Origin: Rebecca billardiae RCC1528
Taxonomy: Eukaryota; Protista; Haptophyta
Reading direction: 5' to 3'
Length of the DNA: 64,000 nt
Assembly: GCA_965240325.2 (NCBI GenBank)
Contig: OZ251230.1
Location: 2,728,001-2,792,000 of the forward strand
The translations under genes were made by a program, and so were the position numbers. This document shows, piece after piece, positions 24,501 through 34,285 of the stretch (its first letter is position 1; every line of letters starts with the position of its first letter). The notes beneath the pieces were generated by a model. The model had not been told where the DNA came from and made no database searches. It saw only the letters and a program-made list of their open reading frames with translations.

Positions 24501-26168
24501 TGTCCTCGTACCCGAGCTGGCCGACGTTGTTGCCGCCCCAGCTGCGGGCGGGCGGGCGCGCGGCGGGCGCGCGGGCGGGTCGGCGGGTGCACGGCTCGGC
24601 GCTGGGCGGCGCGCCGTTTGGCCGCCGCTGCCGAAGCGGGCGCGCCCGGGCGAGGGCGCAGCGTGTGCGCGCACCACTTCATGGCGCCGGTGTTGAGCCG
24701 CGCACACGTGCTGATGGAGCCGGGCTGCACCTCGAGTGCGCTGAGGCCCCAGCCGAGGTCGACGTCGGGCAGCGCGTCGCCCATCCCGCCCGAGCCCCCG
24801 CGATCCGCCACGTCGCCGTACCCGAGCCGTCCGTTCACCGCCTCGCCCCAGCACTTCACCTTGCCGCCGCTGTGCAGCAGGCACGTGTGCAGCTCGCTCA
24901 AGCTCACGTCGAGCAGGCTCGCCGCCGCCACGCCCACGTCGACGAACGGCAGCTTGTCGCCCATCTCGGCGGCCGTGCCGCCGCGGCTGACCGTGTCGCC
25001 GTACCCCAGCTGGCCGTTCGTGTTCTGGCCCCAGCTGCGCCGCGCGGCGGATCAGGAGAAGAGTTGAAGAAGCCGACGAGCAGGCGGCGGGAGGCACCGG
25101 CGGAGGGAGGGCACGCGCGTCAGCCCGTGCGCCGCACGCCGAGCGGTTCGCGAGGCCTCGGGCGCGCCCACGCCGCGCGGTGGTGCACACGGCCGGCGCG
25201 CTCGCACTCGGCGCGCTGCCCGGCCGGCCAGCCAGCCAGCGCGCGCGTGCGCGCACGCACCACTTGAGTCCCTCCGCCAGCACGACGCAGTTGTGGTAGA
25301 AGCGCGAGCTCAGCTTGAGCACGGCGTGCGGCGCGGCGTTGCCGTCCGTGCCGAGGTCGAGGTAGGGCAGCGCGTCGCCCAGAGTCGAGGGGACATCGCC
25401 GCGCTCGGAGCCGTCGCCGTACCCCAGCTCCTCCTCACCGTTGTCGCCGAAGCACTTGAGCCTGTCGGTCTGTGAGACCAACACGCACGTGTGCCGCCTG
25501 CCGCAGCTCACGGCCTTGGCGGTGAGGCCGGCGCCGAGGTTGACGGCGACGAGCGCGTTGCCCATCTCGCCGGGGTCGTCGCCGATGTCCGACGTCGTGC
25601 CGGTGCCACACCGCCCGTACCCTGCGTCGCCCCAGCTGCGAGCGCGCGGGCGGGTGGCGGGTGCGTGGCGCCACGTGAGCGGCAGCGCGCAGTAGCGCGC
25701 GCGACAGCACGGCGCTCGGCGCGCGGCGCGCACGCACCACCGCAGCGTGCTGTCCGAGAGGATGGCGCAGTTGTGGTACGCGCCGACGGAGAGCTGCGTG
25801 GCGGTGAGGCCGCTCGGGAGCTCGACGTACGGCAGCGCCAGGCCGAGCTCGCCCGGGCCGTCCCCGCGGTTGGACGCGTCTCCGGTGCCGATCGCCCCCC
25901 ACTCCGCCTCGCCCCAGCACTTCACCTTGCCCGTGTCCGTGAGCACGCACGCGTGGTAGAGGCCCACCTTCACCGCGGTGATGGTCTGGGCGCGCGCGAG
26001 CGCGGGGCCGAGGGGCGGGGCGGAGGCGGCGTGCTCTGGGCCGTCGAGGATCCCCAGTCGAGTGAGGAGATGCCGCGGCATGTGATTCGCGCCCATCGCC
26101 GCCAGCACGACGAGCGTGGAGAGGGCTCGCCGCGCTGGCGAGCAGCGGGTACTCGTGGTCCTCGCCAT
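7492..26168 (-). CDS. Giant (~5,970 aa) RCC1-extensin-IPT/TIG-REJ-GPS multi-pass membrane protein, polycystin-1-like, paralogue B
   Basis: ATG at 26168. Exons 26168-25738, 25635-25261, 25034-24675, 24541-24362 and 24064-7492 sum to 17,919 nt in frame. Motifs: RCC1-like repeats; SP3/SP4 rod; AVEPDSGPLSGGTVVTLSGAGF (IPT/TIG); NRPPFGG...ARGWADDDADDLPLRYAFEY (REJ-like); CRYWD...WSGRGC...CACDHLTTF (GPS); five hydrophobic segments downstream. Further in-frame introns in the last exon cannot be excluded. Confidence 0.85.
16350..23950 (-). repeat. Coding proline-rich array (~2,500 codons): mixed SP3/SP4 zone, pure SP3 zone, degenerate Arg/Ala-containing zone
   Basis: Seen directly in the translation of ORF 7492..24243; includes a 429-bp higher-order repeat at about 19841-21300. 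Confidence 0.95.
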
Positions 26169-26982
26169 AGTGCCCGGGTGCAAAGGCCCTGTACGGATGA
26201 ACCGGGTGCACGCGAGTGCGGCGCGACGACAATTTTTCAACTACCGCACTTCATTCAACCAACCTCGTTGGCGTTTCTCTCGTAGTAATACTTACCCAGT
26301 AGTGATGTTGTTGGGACGAAGTGGTTTATCGGCTGCTGACTTTCAAAGACACAGGCACGGCTGTTTATTCTTTCGCGCTACTGAGGGGAATCTTTCATCA
26401 TCATCTGTGCCCATTTGCGGGTAATCCGGTTGCGTCGCCCTCATTAATCATCACCCGATGATTCGCGTGGCTACTGGTACTCACTCGTTTATGAGAGTCG
26501 CAGAGCGAGCGAGTGCGCCCTGGCGGTGGCGGGCGGGAAGCACTACCGACGTCGACGGCGGGCGTGCTTCGCGGCCGGAGCCATACGCGCGTTAAGAGCA
26601 GCCAGTAGTAGTAGTACTACCGAGTACGGCAGTCTCAGAGTCTGTTGCGCGCCGCGCCGCGGCCCGTGCCCGGCGGCCCGCCGGGCGCCGCATGCGCAGT
26701 CGGCCTCCGGGACACGTGCGCCCGCGGCCAGCACGGGCGCTGATGGCGCCCGGCCGGCGAGGCGGCAGACACCGGTTTTCCATCCGCTGCTGATCAGGCG
26801 CCGTCCACGGGCGCCCGATGCTGCGGGCGGCGGGCGCGCCGCTCATGCGCGCGGCTCGCCGGGAGACGGGAGAGTGCGCTGCTGTCCAGCGCTGGCGCGC
26901 GGCAAACGGCGCGCCGGCCGCGCCGCGTGGGTGGCTGCGCTTGCTTCCCACGCCCAGCGCACACGCGGCGCGCGGCTGGGCG

Positions 26983-28891
26983 CTACATGTCGTCGTCGTC
27001 GTCGTCGTCCCAGTTGTCCGTCGCAAAGTTTGCGTCCGCCTCGATGCCCTCCCCGACCTTGACCACGCTCGGCGGCGACGGCGGCGCGGCGCTCAGCGTG
27101 CTCGGCGGCGCCAGCGCCGGTGCCGCCGGCGGCGCTGGTCCGGGCGGCGAGGCCTCGCGCGGCGCGGGTGGCGCCGGATGCTGCTGCTGCTGCTGCTGCA
27201 CCGCGGCCGTTGGCTCCTCCGCCGCTGCGCCCGCCGCCTCCTCCTCCATGCCCGAGTCCTCGCCCTCCACATCAGACATCCCCTCGTCCCAGTCATCCCA
27301 AGGCGAGCCGCCATCGGCGCCACCGGCGCCAGCGGCGCCAGCGGCGCCGCCGCCGCCGCCGCCACCGCCGCCGCCACCGCCGCCGCTCGGAGGAGCGCTC
27401 GCGCCCTCCGCCGCCGCCACGTCGCCCACGGACGCGCGGCGCGGCGGCGTGGGCACGGCGTCAAGCGTGGCCGGCGGCGCGCCCGCGCCGCCGCTGCGGC
27501 TGTCCGTGCTCATTGGCCGAGCGACCAAGCTCGCCTGCGGGGGCGGCGCGCGGGGCGGGCGGAAGCGGGCGCAGGGGGCGGGGCGCGGGTGAGCGGCGGC
27601 GCGCGCGCACGCCGGAGCCCGCGCGGCGTGCTGCACGCGCGCGCGCCTCGCGCCGCACCTGCGACTCCTCCGCCGCCGCGGCCGGCTGCGCGGTGGGCGC
27701 GGTGGGCGCGGCGGCGGCCGAGCGCGCGCCGCCCGCTGAGCCGCCGGCTGCGCCCGGCTCGGCCGCCGAGCGCGCGGCCGCCTCCCGGCGCTTCTTCTCG
27801 AAGAAGGCGTCGATCAGGTCGGGCCCGCCCGGCTGCTGCGCCGCCGCGCCGTGCGCGCCGCGCTTGCCCCAGCCGAACTCGTCGTCGTCCGCGGTGAGCA
27901 GCGTCGTGGAGGCGGCGGCGAGGCCGGCGCCGAGCGCCGCTGTCAGCCCGAGGCGGCCGCCGCCCGCGCCGTTGTTGCCGCCGTTGAGCGCCGAGGTCGG
28001 GCCGAGGTCGGGCGGCGGCGACGCGTCCGGAGGCGGTGCGCCGCGGCTCGCCTCGCGCTCCTCCCACCCCTCCTCCGCGTCGATGTCCTGCGCCGGACTC
28101 AGCGCGCCGCCCTTGGACGAGGCGGAGGCGGCGGCGGCGCGCGCCGAGCCGCTGCCGCCGGGCGCGAGGGCCGAGACCGAGCCGCCGCCGGTGGGCTGCG
28201 GCGGGTGCACGGCGCGCGAGACGGGCTGCGCGCCGTCCGCCTCGGCGTCGAGTCTCGGCGTCGACGCCGGCGCGCGCAGCGGCGGCGGCGGCTGCAGCGG
28301 CTGCGCCGGCGGCGGCGGCTGCGGCGGCTGCGGCGGCGGCGTCGGCGCCGGCTGCGGCGGCGGCGGCGACTGCACGTTGGTCTGCGCGTCGACGGGCGGG
28401 CCGGGCGCGGCGGCGGGCTGCTGCCCCACGCGGTCGGTGAGCCCGCGCACCCACAGGTCCGCCTCCTTGTGGTCCGCCGCGCGGAGCACCAGCGTGCGCC
28501 GCCCCGACGCCATGATGCGGAACGCGTGCTGCCCCTCCGAGTGCGCGTACGCGACGCCCTCGACGTCCGCGAGCGCGAGCGCGAACGAGTCGTGGGACGG
28601 GCCCTTCTCGGGGTCGGCGCGGGTCTTGTGGTAGCGCAGCACGGCGTGGTAGTCGTCCACCTCCACCCAGCGCTTGCCCCACGAGCGCACCTTGCTCGCG
28701 TGGTGCTTCTTGAGCAGAAAGCCTTCGAGCGGCGGCAGCGCGCGCGAGCCGCCGCCCTCGCCCGCGGGCTTGACGGCCTGGACGGCGGTGGAGAGCGCGG
28801 CCGCGCCGTCGTTCTCCTTGCCGGACTTCGCCGAGCCGCGCCGCGCGCGGCCGAACGACGCGGCGCGCACCAGCTGGCCGATCTTGCCCAT
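26983..28891 (-). CDS. PH-domain protein with disordered Pro-rich and acidic C-terminus (~594 aa)
   Basis: LEGFLLKKHH...WGKRWVEV...FRIMASGRRTLVLRAADHKEADLWVRGL is a PH-domain signature. A phase-0 intron at 27658-27535 (GTGCGG...CCGCAG) joins it to the ORF ending DNWDDDDDDDM. Confidence 0.8.
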
Positions 28892-29271
28892 CGCGCGGGT
28901 GTGGGCGCGCGTGCGGCGGGCTTGCTGCTGCGCTGCCCCACAACGAGCGCACGGCCCCAAAACGCTCATCGCGTCCGGGGCGGGCAGCGCAGCGCTTCGT
29001 GCGGTCATCAGCGGTTATATCGCGGTTATTCGGAGCCGAGAATAGAACGCGCCACAAAGAACGCCAGGAAAAGTTATTTCGACGAGACTCGCACTCGCTA
29101 CTGACCATCATCCGAAGCGATCTCATCATCGCTGATCACGGCCAGCGGCATGCATCAAACGGCCGCGGCCTCGCACGCGTGCGTACTCGTTCAGCAGGCA
29201 GCGTGTCCTCGCCTGGCCAGCGGCAGCAGGCTGACGCGCGCGCTCACAGTATTCAGTATGAGTCCGCGCGC

Positions 29272-30438
29272 TCACACGGTGGCGAGCGTGCAGACGAGGC
29301 CCGCCGCGCACAGCGCGTGCGCGCGCCGCGCGCCGCGGCGCAGCGCGTGCTCGCGCCTGCGCGCGCCCGAGCGCGCCGCCTCCCAGCCGTCGAGCAGGGC
29401 GAGCACGCTGGCGGCGTGCGCGCACCGCAGCAGCTGCACGCACAGCCGCGCGGCGCACGCGGCGCACAGCGCGGCGCGGCACGTGGGCGAGAGGATCACC
29501 CGCAGCGCGGCGCGCACGCGCGGCACGAGCGCGCCGTCCGCCGGCGCCGGCGCCGGCGCGCGCGGCCGCAGCGCCCGCGCCCACTCCGCGCGCGCCAGCG
29601 CCTCCGCGTGCAGCCGCAGCGCGCGCCGCAGCGCCGCGCGCGCGTCGCGCATCGCCAGCCGCGCGCGCAGCAGCGCAGCCGAGGGCTCGGCGCCGGCCGC
29701 GCCGCGCGCGTGCGCGCGCGCGGGCGGCGAGGCCGGGCGTGGGCCCTTGCCCGCCGCCGGCTGCGCGCGCGCCGCGCCCTCCCGGGCCGCCTCCGCCCCG
29801 ACCGAGGCCGACGCCGCCGCCGCCGCCGCCGCTGCCGTCGCCGCCGCCGCCGCGCCGCCGCCGCGCTGCCAGCTCGCCTCAGCGTGCGCGGCCGCGGCTG
29901 CGCCGTGCGCGCGCGCTGTCGTGTGCGTGCGCGGCACGTCGATCGAGCTGGCGCGCGGGCTCGCGGGCGGGCCTTCCCACTGCGCCGCGCGCGCCCGCTC
30001 CTCGCCCGCCCCGCCGTCCGCGCTCGCGCCGGCCGCGCGCGCGAGCAGCAGCGCGCAGCCCAGCACGCAGCGCGCGGCGCGCACGGCGCACGCGGCGAGG
30101 GCGGCCGTGAGGAGGTGCGCGGCGGGCTGGAGCACGGCCTGGGCGAGGAGCTGGTCGAGCGCGCGCGCGCGCGCGCGCGCGCTCCGCGCGCGCGCCGCGC
30201 AAAAGTCGAGCGGGGCTCGGAGCAGCCGCGCGGCCGCGCCGCGCGCGAGCGCCGCGCACGCGCGCGCGCGCGAGCGCAGCAGCGGCTGCGCGCCGACGAG
30301 CTCGAGCGCGCGGGAGGGCTCGGCGCACACGCTCGTGAGCAGCACGACGAGCGCGCGTGCCCGCGGCGGGCACAGCTGCGCCGCCCGCTCCACGGCGAGC
30401 TCGAGCCCGCGCGACACGAGGGAATCGCGCCGCCGCAT
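29272..30438 (-). CDS. Hypothetical Ala/Leu/Arg-rich helical protein (~388 aa)
   Basis: Open frame with GC3-rich codons and a protein-like translation from ATG 30438; no recognisable motif; 3' end uncertain. Confidence 0.5.
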   Translation of the reverse strand: MRRRDSLVSRGLELAVERAAQLCPPRARALVVLLTSVCAEPSRALELVGAQPLLRSRARACAALARGAAARLLRAPLDFCAARARSARARARALDQLLAQAVLQPAAHLLTAALAACAVRAARCVLGCALLLARAAGASADGGAGEERARAAQWEGPPASPRASSIDVPRTHTTARAHGAAAAAHAEASWQRGGGAAAAATAAAAAAAASASVGAEAAREGAARAQPAAGKGPRPASPPARAHARGAAGAEPSAALLRARLAMRDARAALRRALRLHAEALARAEWARALRPRAPAPAPADGALVPRVRAALRVILSPTCRAALCAACAARLCVQLLRCAHAASVLALLDGWEAARSGARRREHALRRGARRAHALCAAGLVCTLATV

Positions 30439-30576
30439 CGTCGTCGCCGCAACAGACGCTTCGCCAGTGCTGCGCGCGCCCAAAGCGCGACGCCGAGGAG
30501 CCAGAGCGAGCGACGCCCCGCCTCATCAAGCGCGCAGCACACAGCGACGGCCGCCGTGGCCACGTCACAGCGAACC

Positions 30577-31332
30577 ATGGCGGCTGGCCGCGCACTGCAC
30601 GCCGTCGCAGCGCTCGCGCTGCTCGTCGCCGGCGCGGCCGCCGGCGGCGCGCCGCCGGCGGACGGGAAGCGGAACGGGCGGTCGCGCGAGGGCGTCCTCG
30701 CGCGCTCGCGCCTCGCCGCGCGCGGCGACGGCTCCGCGTGCCGCGGCGGCAGCTGCGCGTGCGGCGGCGCATGCCGCGCGCCGCCGCCCGCGCTCGCGGC
30801 GATCCTCTCGTTCGGGCCGACGATCGTGAAGGAGCTGCCCGAGCGGCACGGGCTCGCGGACGCGTCCTCGCCCAAGAAGAAGCGCGGCGCGCCCTCGCAC
30901 CTCCTCTCCTTCTACGGCAACGACTGCGAGATGTGCGAGTACATGCTCGCGTACGTGAAGCGCGTCGAGAAGGAGGCGGGCGTCAAGATCCGCCGCTTCG
31001 AGACGTGGTCGCACCCGGAGAACGAGAAGCTGCGCTCGCTGTGCGACTCGCGCGCGGGCTGCGGCGGCGTCCCCTTCTTCTACAACAAGGAGACGCGGCG
31101 CTGGATCTGCGGCGCGACCACGTACGACAACTTGAAGCGGTGGGCGACCGGCAAGCCGTGCGCGCCCTTCATGCCGCCGCCCACCTCGTTCAAGTCGCAG
31201 GAGGTGCCCAAGGAGCCGGGCGCGCCGATGAAGCTGATCAACGACCTGAAGGAGCGCAGCAAGGAGGCGATGGAGGAGCGCCAGCGCCTCGCCGAGGAGC
31301 AGCGCTCCGCGTCCGGCGGCCGACGGCGCTGA
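30577..31332 (+). CDS. Thioredoxin-fold protein with CxxC and N-terminal signal peptide (251 aa)
   Basis: Hydrophobic leader, then LLSFYGNDCEMC...FETW...CGGVPFFYN...ICGATTYDNLKRWA, giving CxxC and the cis-Pro VP motif. Confidence 0.8.
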   Translation: MAAGRALHAVAALALLVAGAAAGGAPPADGKRNGRSREGVLARSRLAARGDGSACRGGSCACGGACRAPPPALAAILSFGPTIVKELPERHGLADASSPKKKRGAPSHLLSFYGNDCEMCEYMLAYVKRVEKEAGVKIRRFETWSHPENEKLRSLCDSRAGCGGVPFFYNKETRRWICGATTYDNLKRWATGKPCAPFMPPPTSFKSQEVPKEPGAPMKLINDLKERSKEAMEERQRLAEEQRSASGGRRR

Positions 31333-32080
31333 GGCGGCCGGCGCGGGCTCGATCCCGTCAGGCCCGTCGAAGCAGGCGTTCGCTCGAATGTAGTGATGTT
31401 ATATATATATATTATTACTAGGCGCGCGCTACGACTACATCCGCGCGCGATCCAGCGCGCGGCGGCGCCAGCAGCATATATCATCATATACCCGGTACCG
31501 CCTAAGCGCGTGACTCTGCGGCATATACTACCGGACTGATCGCCACTCCGCGCCGCCGCGGATCGGCGGCTGACGGCCTGACCGGATTAGAATTTATTAT
31601 TTAGATGCGCTGCTGCCTGACTCGGCGGATCTGCGCGCTGATGAGTCATCAGTCATCATCATCAGATCGACGATCCGACTCCGACTCCCGAGCTCCGAGT
31701 CCGGACACGCCACACGGTGGTCGCCAGGTCGGTGCCCGAGACAAACGGCTGCTGACTCAGCAGACTCGTCCGAGAGCCGGCGGCGTAGTACTACTACTAG
31801 TAGAGTGAGTCGTAGTAGTCCGCCGTCATCCGAGAGTGGCATCCTGGAGAGTCCCGGCGTCAGCCAGTAGACGACGCATACCGAGTCCGCCTGCTGCTGA
31901 CGTACGTACATAGATAATCCGCGTCGTCAGGCCCAGAGCGCTTGGATGCTGATGGCAACGTACTTCGTCGCAGCTGCGGCTTGGTGATTCATCAGCGCGA
32001 TATATATCCGCCGTGATGATCCGAGAGGAAACTCGTCATCGCCAACGACTGATCGGCGCCGCACTACGGACGACGCGTGG

Positions 32081-33811
32081 CTACGTGCCGCTCGCACCGC
32101 CAGCCGCGGGCTCGAGCCTGTAGCCGCCGCCCACGCGCGACGCCTTGAGCGCCTCCTTCGCCTCGCGCTCCTCCTTGGCCCTGCGCCGCTGCTCCTCGCG
32201 CGCCTGCGCCGCCAGCGCCTCGCCGCGCTCGCGCAGCGCGGCGTCGCGCTCGGCGCGCGCGCGCAGCTCCCCCTCCTGCAGCCTGGCGGCCTCGTCCGCG
32301 GCGGCGGCCTGCTGCTGCTTCTTCTGCTCCGCCTTGCGCTGCTTCTGCCCCTTCTTCTCCTGCTGCCGCCGCTCCCGCAGCACGCCCTGCGCCTCCTCCT
32401 CCAGCGCCTCCTCCTCCTGCGCCGCCGCACCGCCGCCGCCGTGCAGGAGGCAGGGTGCGTGGCGGCGCGTGAGCGACGCCGTGCGCGCGCGCGCGGGGCA
32501 CGGCGCGCCGCGCGACGCTCGGGGCGCGCGGGCGGGGGCCCACGCCGGCCGCGCACCGCCGCGCACCTCCTCCCGCCGCGCCCTCTCCGCCTCCTCCTCC
32601 GCCACGCCCGCCAGCTCGCCCAGGTGCGAGCTGCCGCGCCCGCCGAGCAAGAACACCACGCTGCCGGCGCGCGCCGCGCACGCGCCGCTGGTGGCGCCGG
32701 GCGGCTTGGCGGCCGAGCGGCCGACGCCGAGCGGCCCGACGGACGCGGCGGGCGCCTCCTCGCCCGCGCCGCCGCCCGCCGCGCCGCCGAGCCGCAGCTC
32801 CGCCGCGCCGCCCAGCGGCTCGTCCGTGAGCGCGTCGACGCCGCCAAACAGAAGGACGGCGCGGCCAGCGGGCACGGCCGCGTGGCCGGCGCGCGCGAGG
32901 AGCTCGGAGCGCGCGGGCTCGAGCGTGCTCCACGCCATGGCGGCGGCGTCGAGGACGTGGGCGGTGTCCATCAGCGCGCCGCCGAGCAGCACCACGCGCA
33001 CGCCCAGCGCGCTCGCCGAGTGCCCTGCGGCCGCGGGAGGCGGCCGGCCCGAGCAGTCCGGCCGCGCCCACACCGGCGCGCCGTCCGCGCCGTCCAGCCG
33101 GCAGAGCCAGAGGTCGGCGAGGGGCTCGAGGCCCTGGGCGGTGCCGCCGTGCACGAGCAGCCCGCCGTCGAAGAGGGCGGCCGCCGCGTGCTCCTTCCGC
33201 GCGCACGGCCACGCGGGCGCGCCGTCCGCGGCCGCGGGCGCGTCGGCGCCGCCGGGCTCGTCGGCGCGCGCGTCCGCGCCGCCCGCGGGCGGCGGCGGGG
33301 GCGCAAAGTGGTGGAGCCAGCGCAGCGCGAGGGGCGGGCCGATGGGGTCGACGGGCCGCTCGCGCCTGCTCAGCGTCACCTTCTCCGTCGCCTCCTCCAC
33401 CTCGGCGATCGTCTCGTCGCGATAGATCACGCGCTCGGCGCCCGAGCCCTTGCCCGCGGCCGGCGGCGGCGGCGGCGGCGGCTCGTCGTACAGGCCGAGG
33501 ACGGCGAGGTCGTTGAGCGTGCCCGTGGCGCCCTCGCCGCCGAAGACCGCCACGCGCGCCTCGCCGGCGAGCACGCTCGCGCTGTGCGCGCAGCGCGCCG
33601 GCGGCGCGGCGCCCGCGACGCTCGGCCGCGACCACGCCGGCTGCTCGGCGCCCGGCGCGCAGGTGAGGAGCCAGAGCTCCGCCATCGTGGTGCCGCCCTG
33701 CGTGCCGCCGTAGAGGATGAGCCTGCCCGCGCCGACCGACACCGCGCACGCCGCGTACCGCTTGGACGGCGGCACGTCCGGCGCCGGCGCCTTCACGCGC
33801 ACCCAGCGCAT
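32081..33811 (-). CDS. Kelch-repeat beta-propeller protein with C-terminal coiled coil
   Basis: Repeated P-x-R-x-x-H...GG motifs (PSKRYAA...ILYGG, PPARCAHSA...VFGG, ARKEHAA...VHGG, ARAGHAA...LFGG). Probable 150-nt in-frame intron at 32566-32417. E/Q/K/R-rich tail. Confidence 0.85.
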   Translation of the reverse strand: MRWVRVKAPAPDVPPSKRYAACAVSVGAGRLILYGGTQGGTTMAELWLLTCAPGAEQPAWSRPSVAGAAPPARCAHSASVLAGEARVAVFGGEGATGTLNDLAVLGLYDEPPPPPPPAAGKGSGAERVIYRDETIAEVEEATEKVTLSRRERPVDPIGPPLALRWLHHFAPPPPPAGGADARADEPGGADAPAAADGAPAWPCARKEHAAAALFDGGLLVHGGTAQGLEPLADLWLCRLDGADGAPVWARPDCSGRPPPAAAGHSASALGVRVVLLGGALMDTAHVLDAAAMAWSTLEPARSELLARAGHAAVPAGRAVLLFGGVDALTDEPLGGAAELRLGGAAGGGAGEEAPAASVGPLGVGRSAAKPPGATSGACAARAGSVVFLLGGRGSSHLGELAGVAEEEAERARREEVRGGARPAWAPARAPRASRGAPCPARARTASLTRRHAPCLLHGGGGAAAQEEEALEEEAQGVLRERRQQEKKGQKQRKAEQKKQQQAAAADEAARLQEGELRARAERDAALRERGEALAAQAREEQRRRAKEEREAKEALKASRVGGGYRLEPAAGGASGT

Positions 33812-34285
33812 CGCGCCGCCTGCTCGGCCGCCACCAGTCACGCCCAGTGACCGGCGTCACCGGCCTGCTGCTCGTCCGGACTGGCTCGTCCGGACGTCGA
33901 CAAGGTCAAGTAGCAGACGGCTTGCGAATGATGGTGAACACGGTCGGGCGGTCCGGGCCTGCACGTCTCGGACCATAATGAAGCGGAACATGCCGCCCGC
34001 GGAGGCGCGGCCTCTGTGGAGTGCCATCAGGCTCGCGCGACTCTGATCTGGCGAGATCGATGATTCGATTTTTAGCACGGCAGCCTCCGTAAGGCCTCAG
34101 GTAACCCGAGTAGTGGCAGGTGACTCCAATGGCTCGCACGGTCCAGGCGCGTGCGCAGCCGCAACGCCGCGCGCGCGCACTTCCGCCAGCGGCTCCGCGG
34201 CGCGGCGCCGCGCGCGCGCTGGCGGCCGGGGCCGCCTGCCCCCCCGTGCGCGCGCGCGGCACAACCACACGGCGACACGCCCGGC

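Noticed and set aside
31380-32060. Intergenic AGT/ACT- and TCA-rich tracts with short palindromes, as a possible ncRNA or element
   Set aside because: Similar low-complexity tracts occur in several intergenic regions (~26604, ~38330, ~43600-44110). No defined structure or termini were found.
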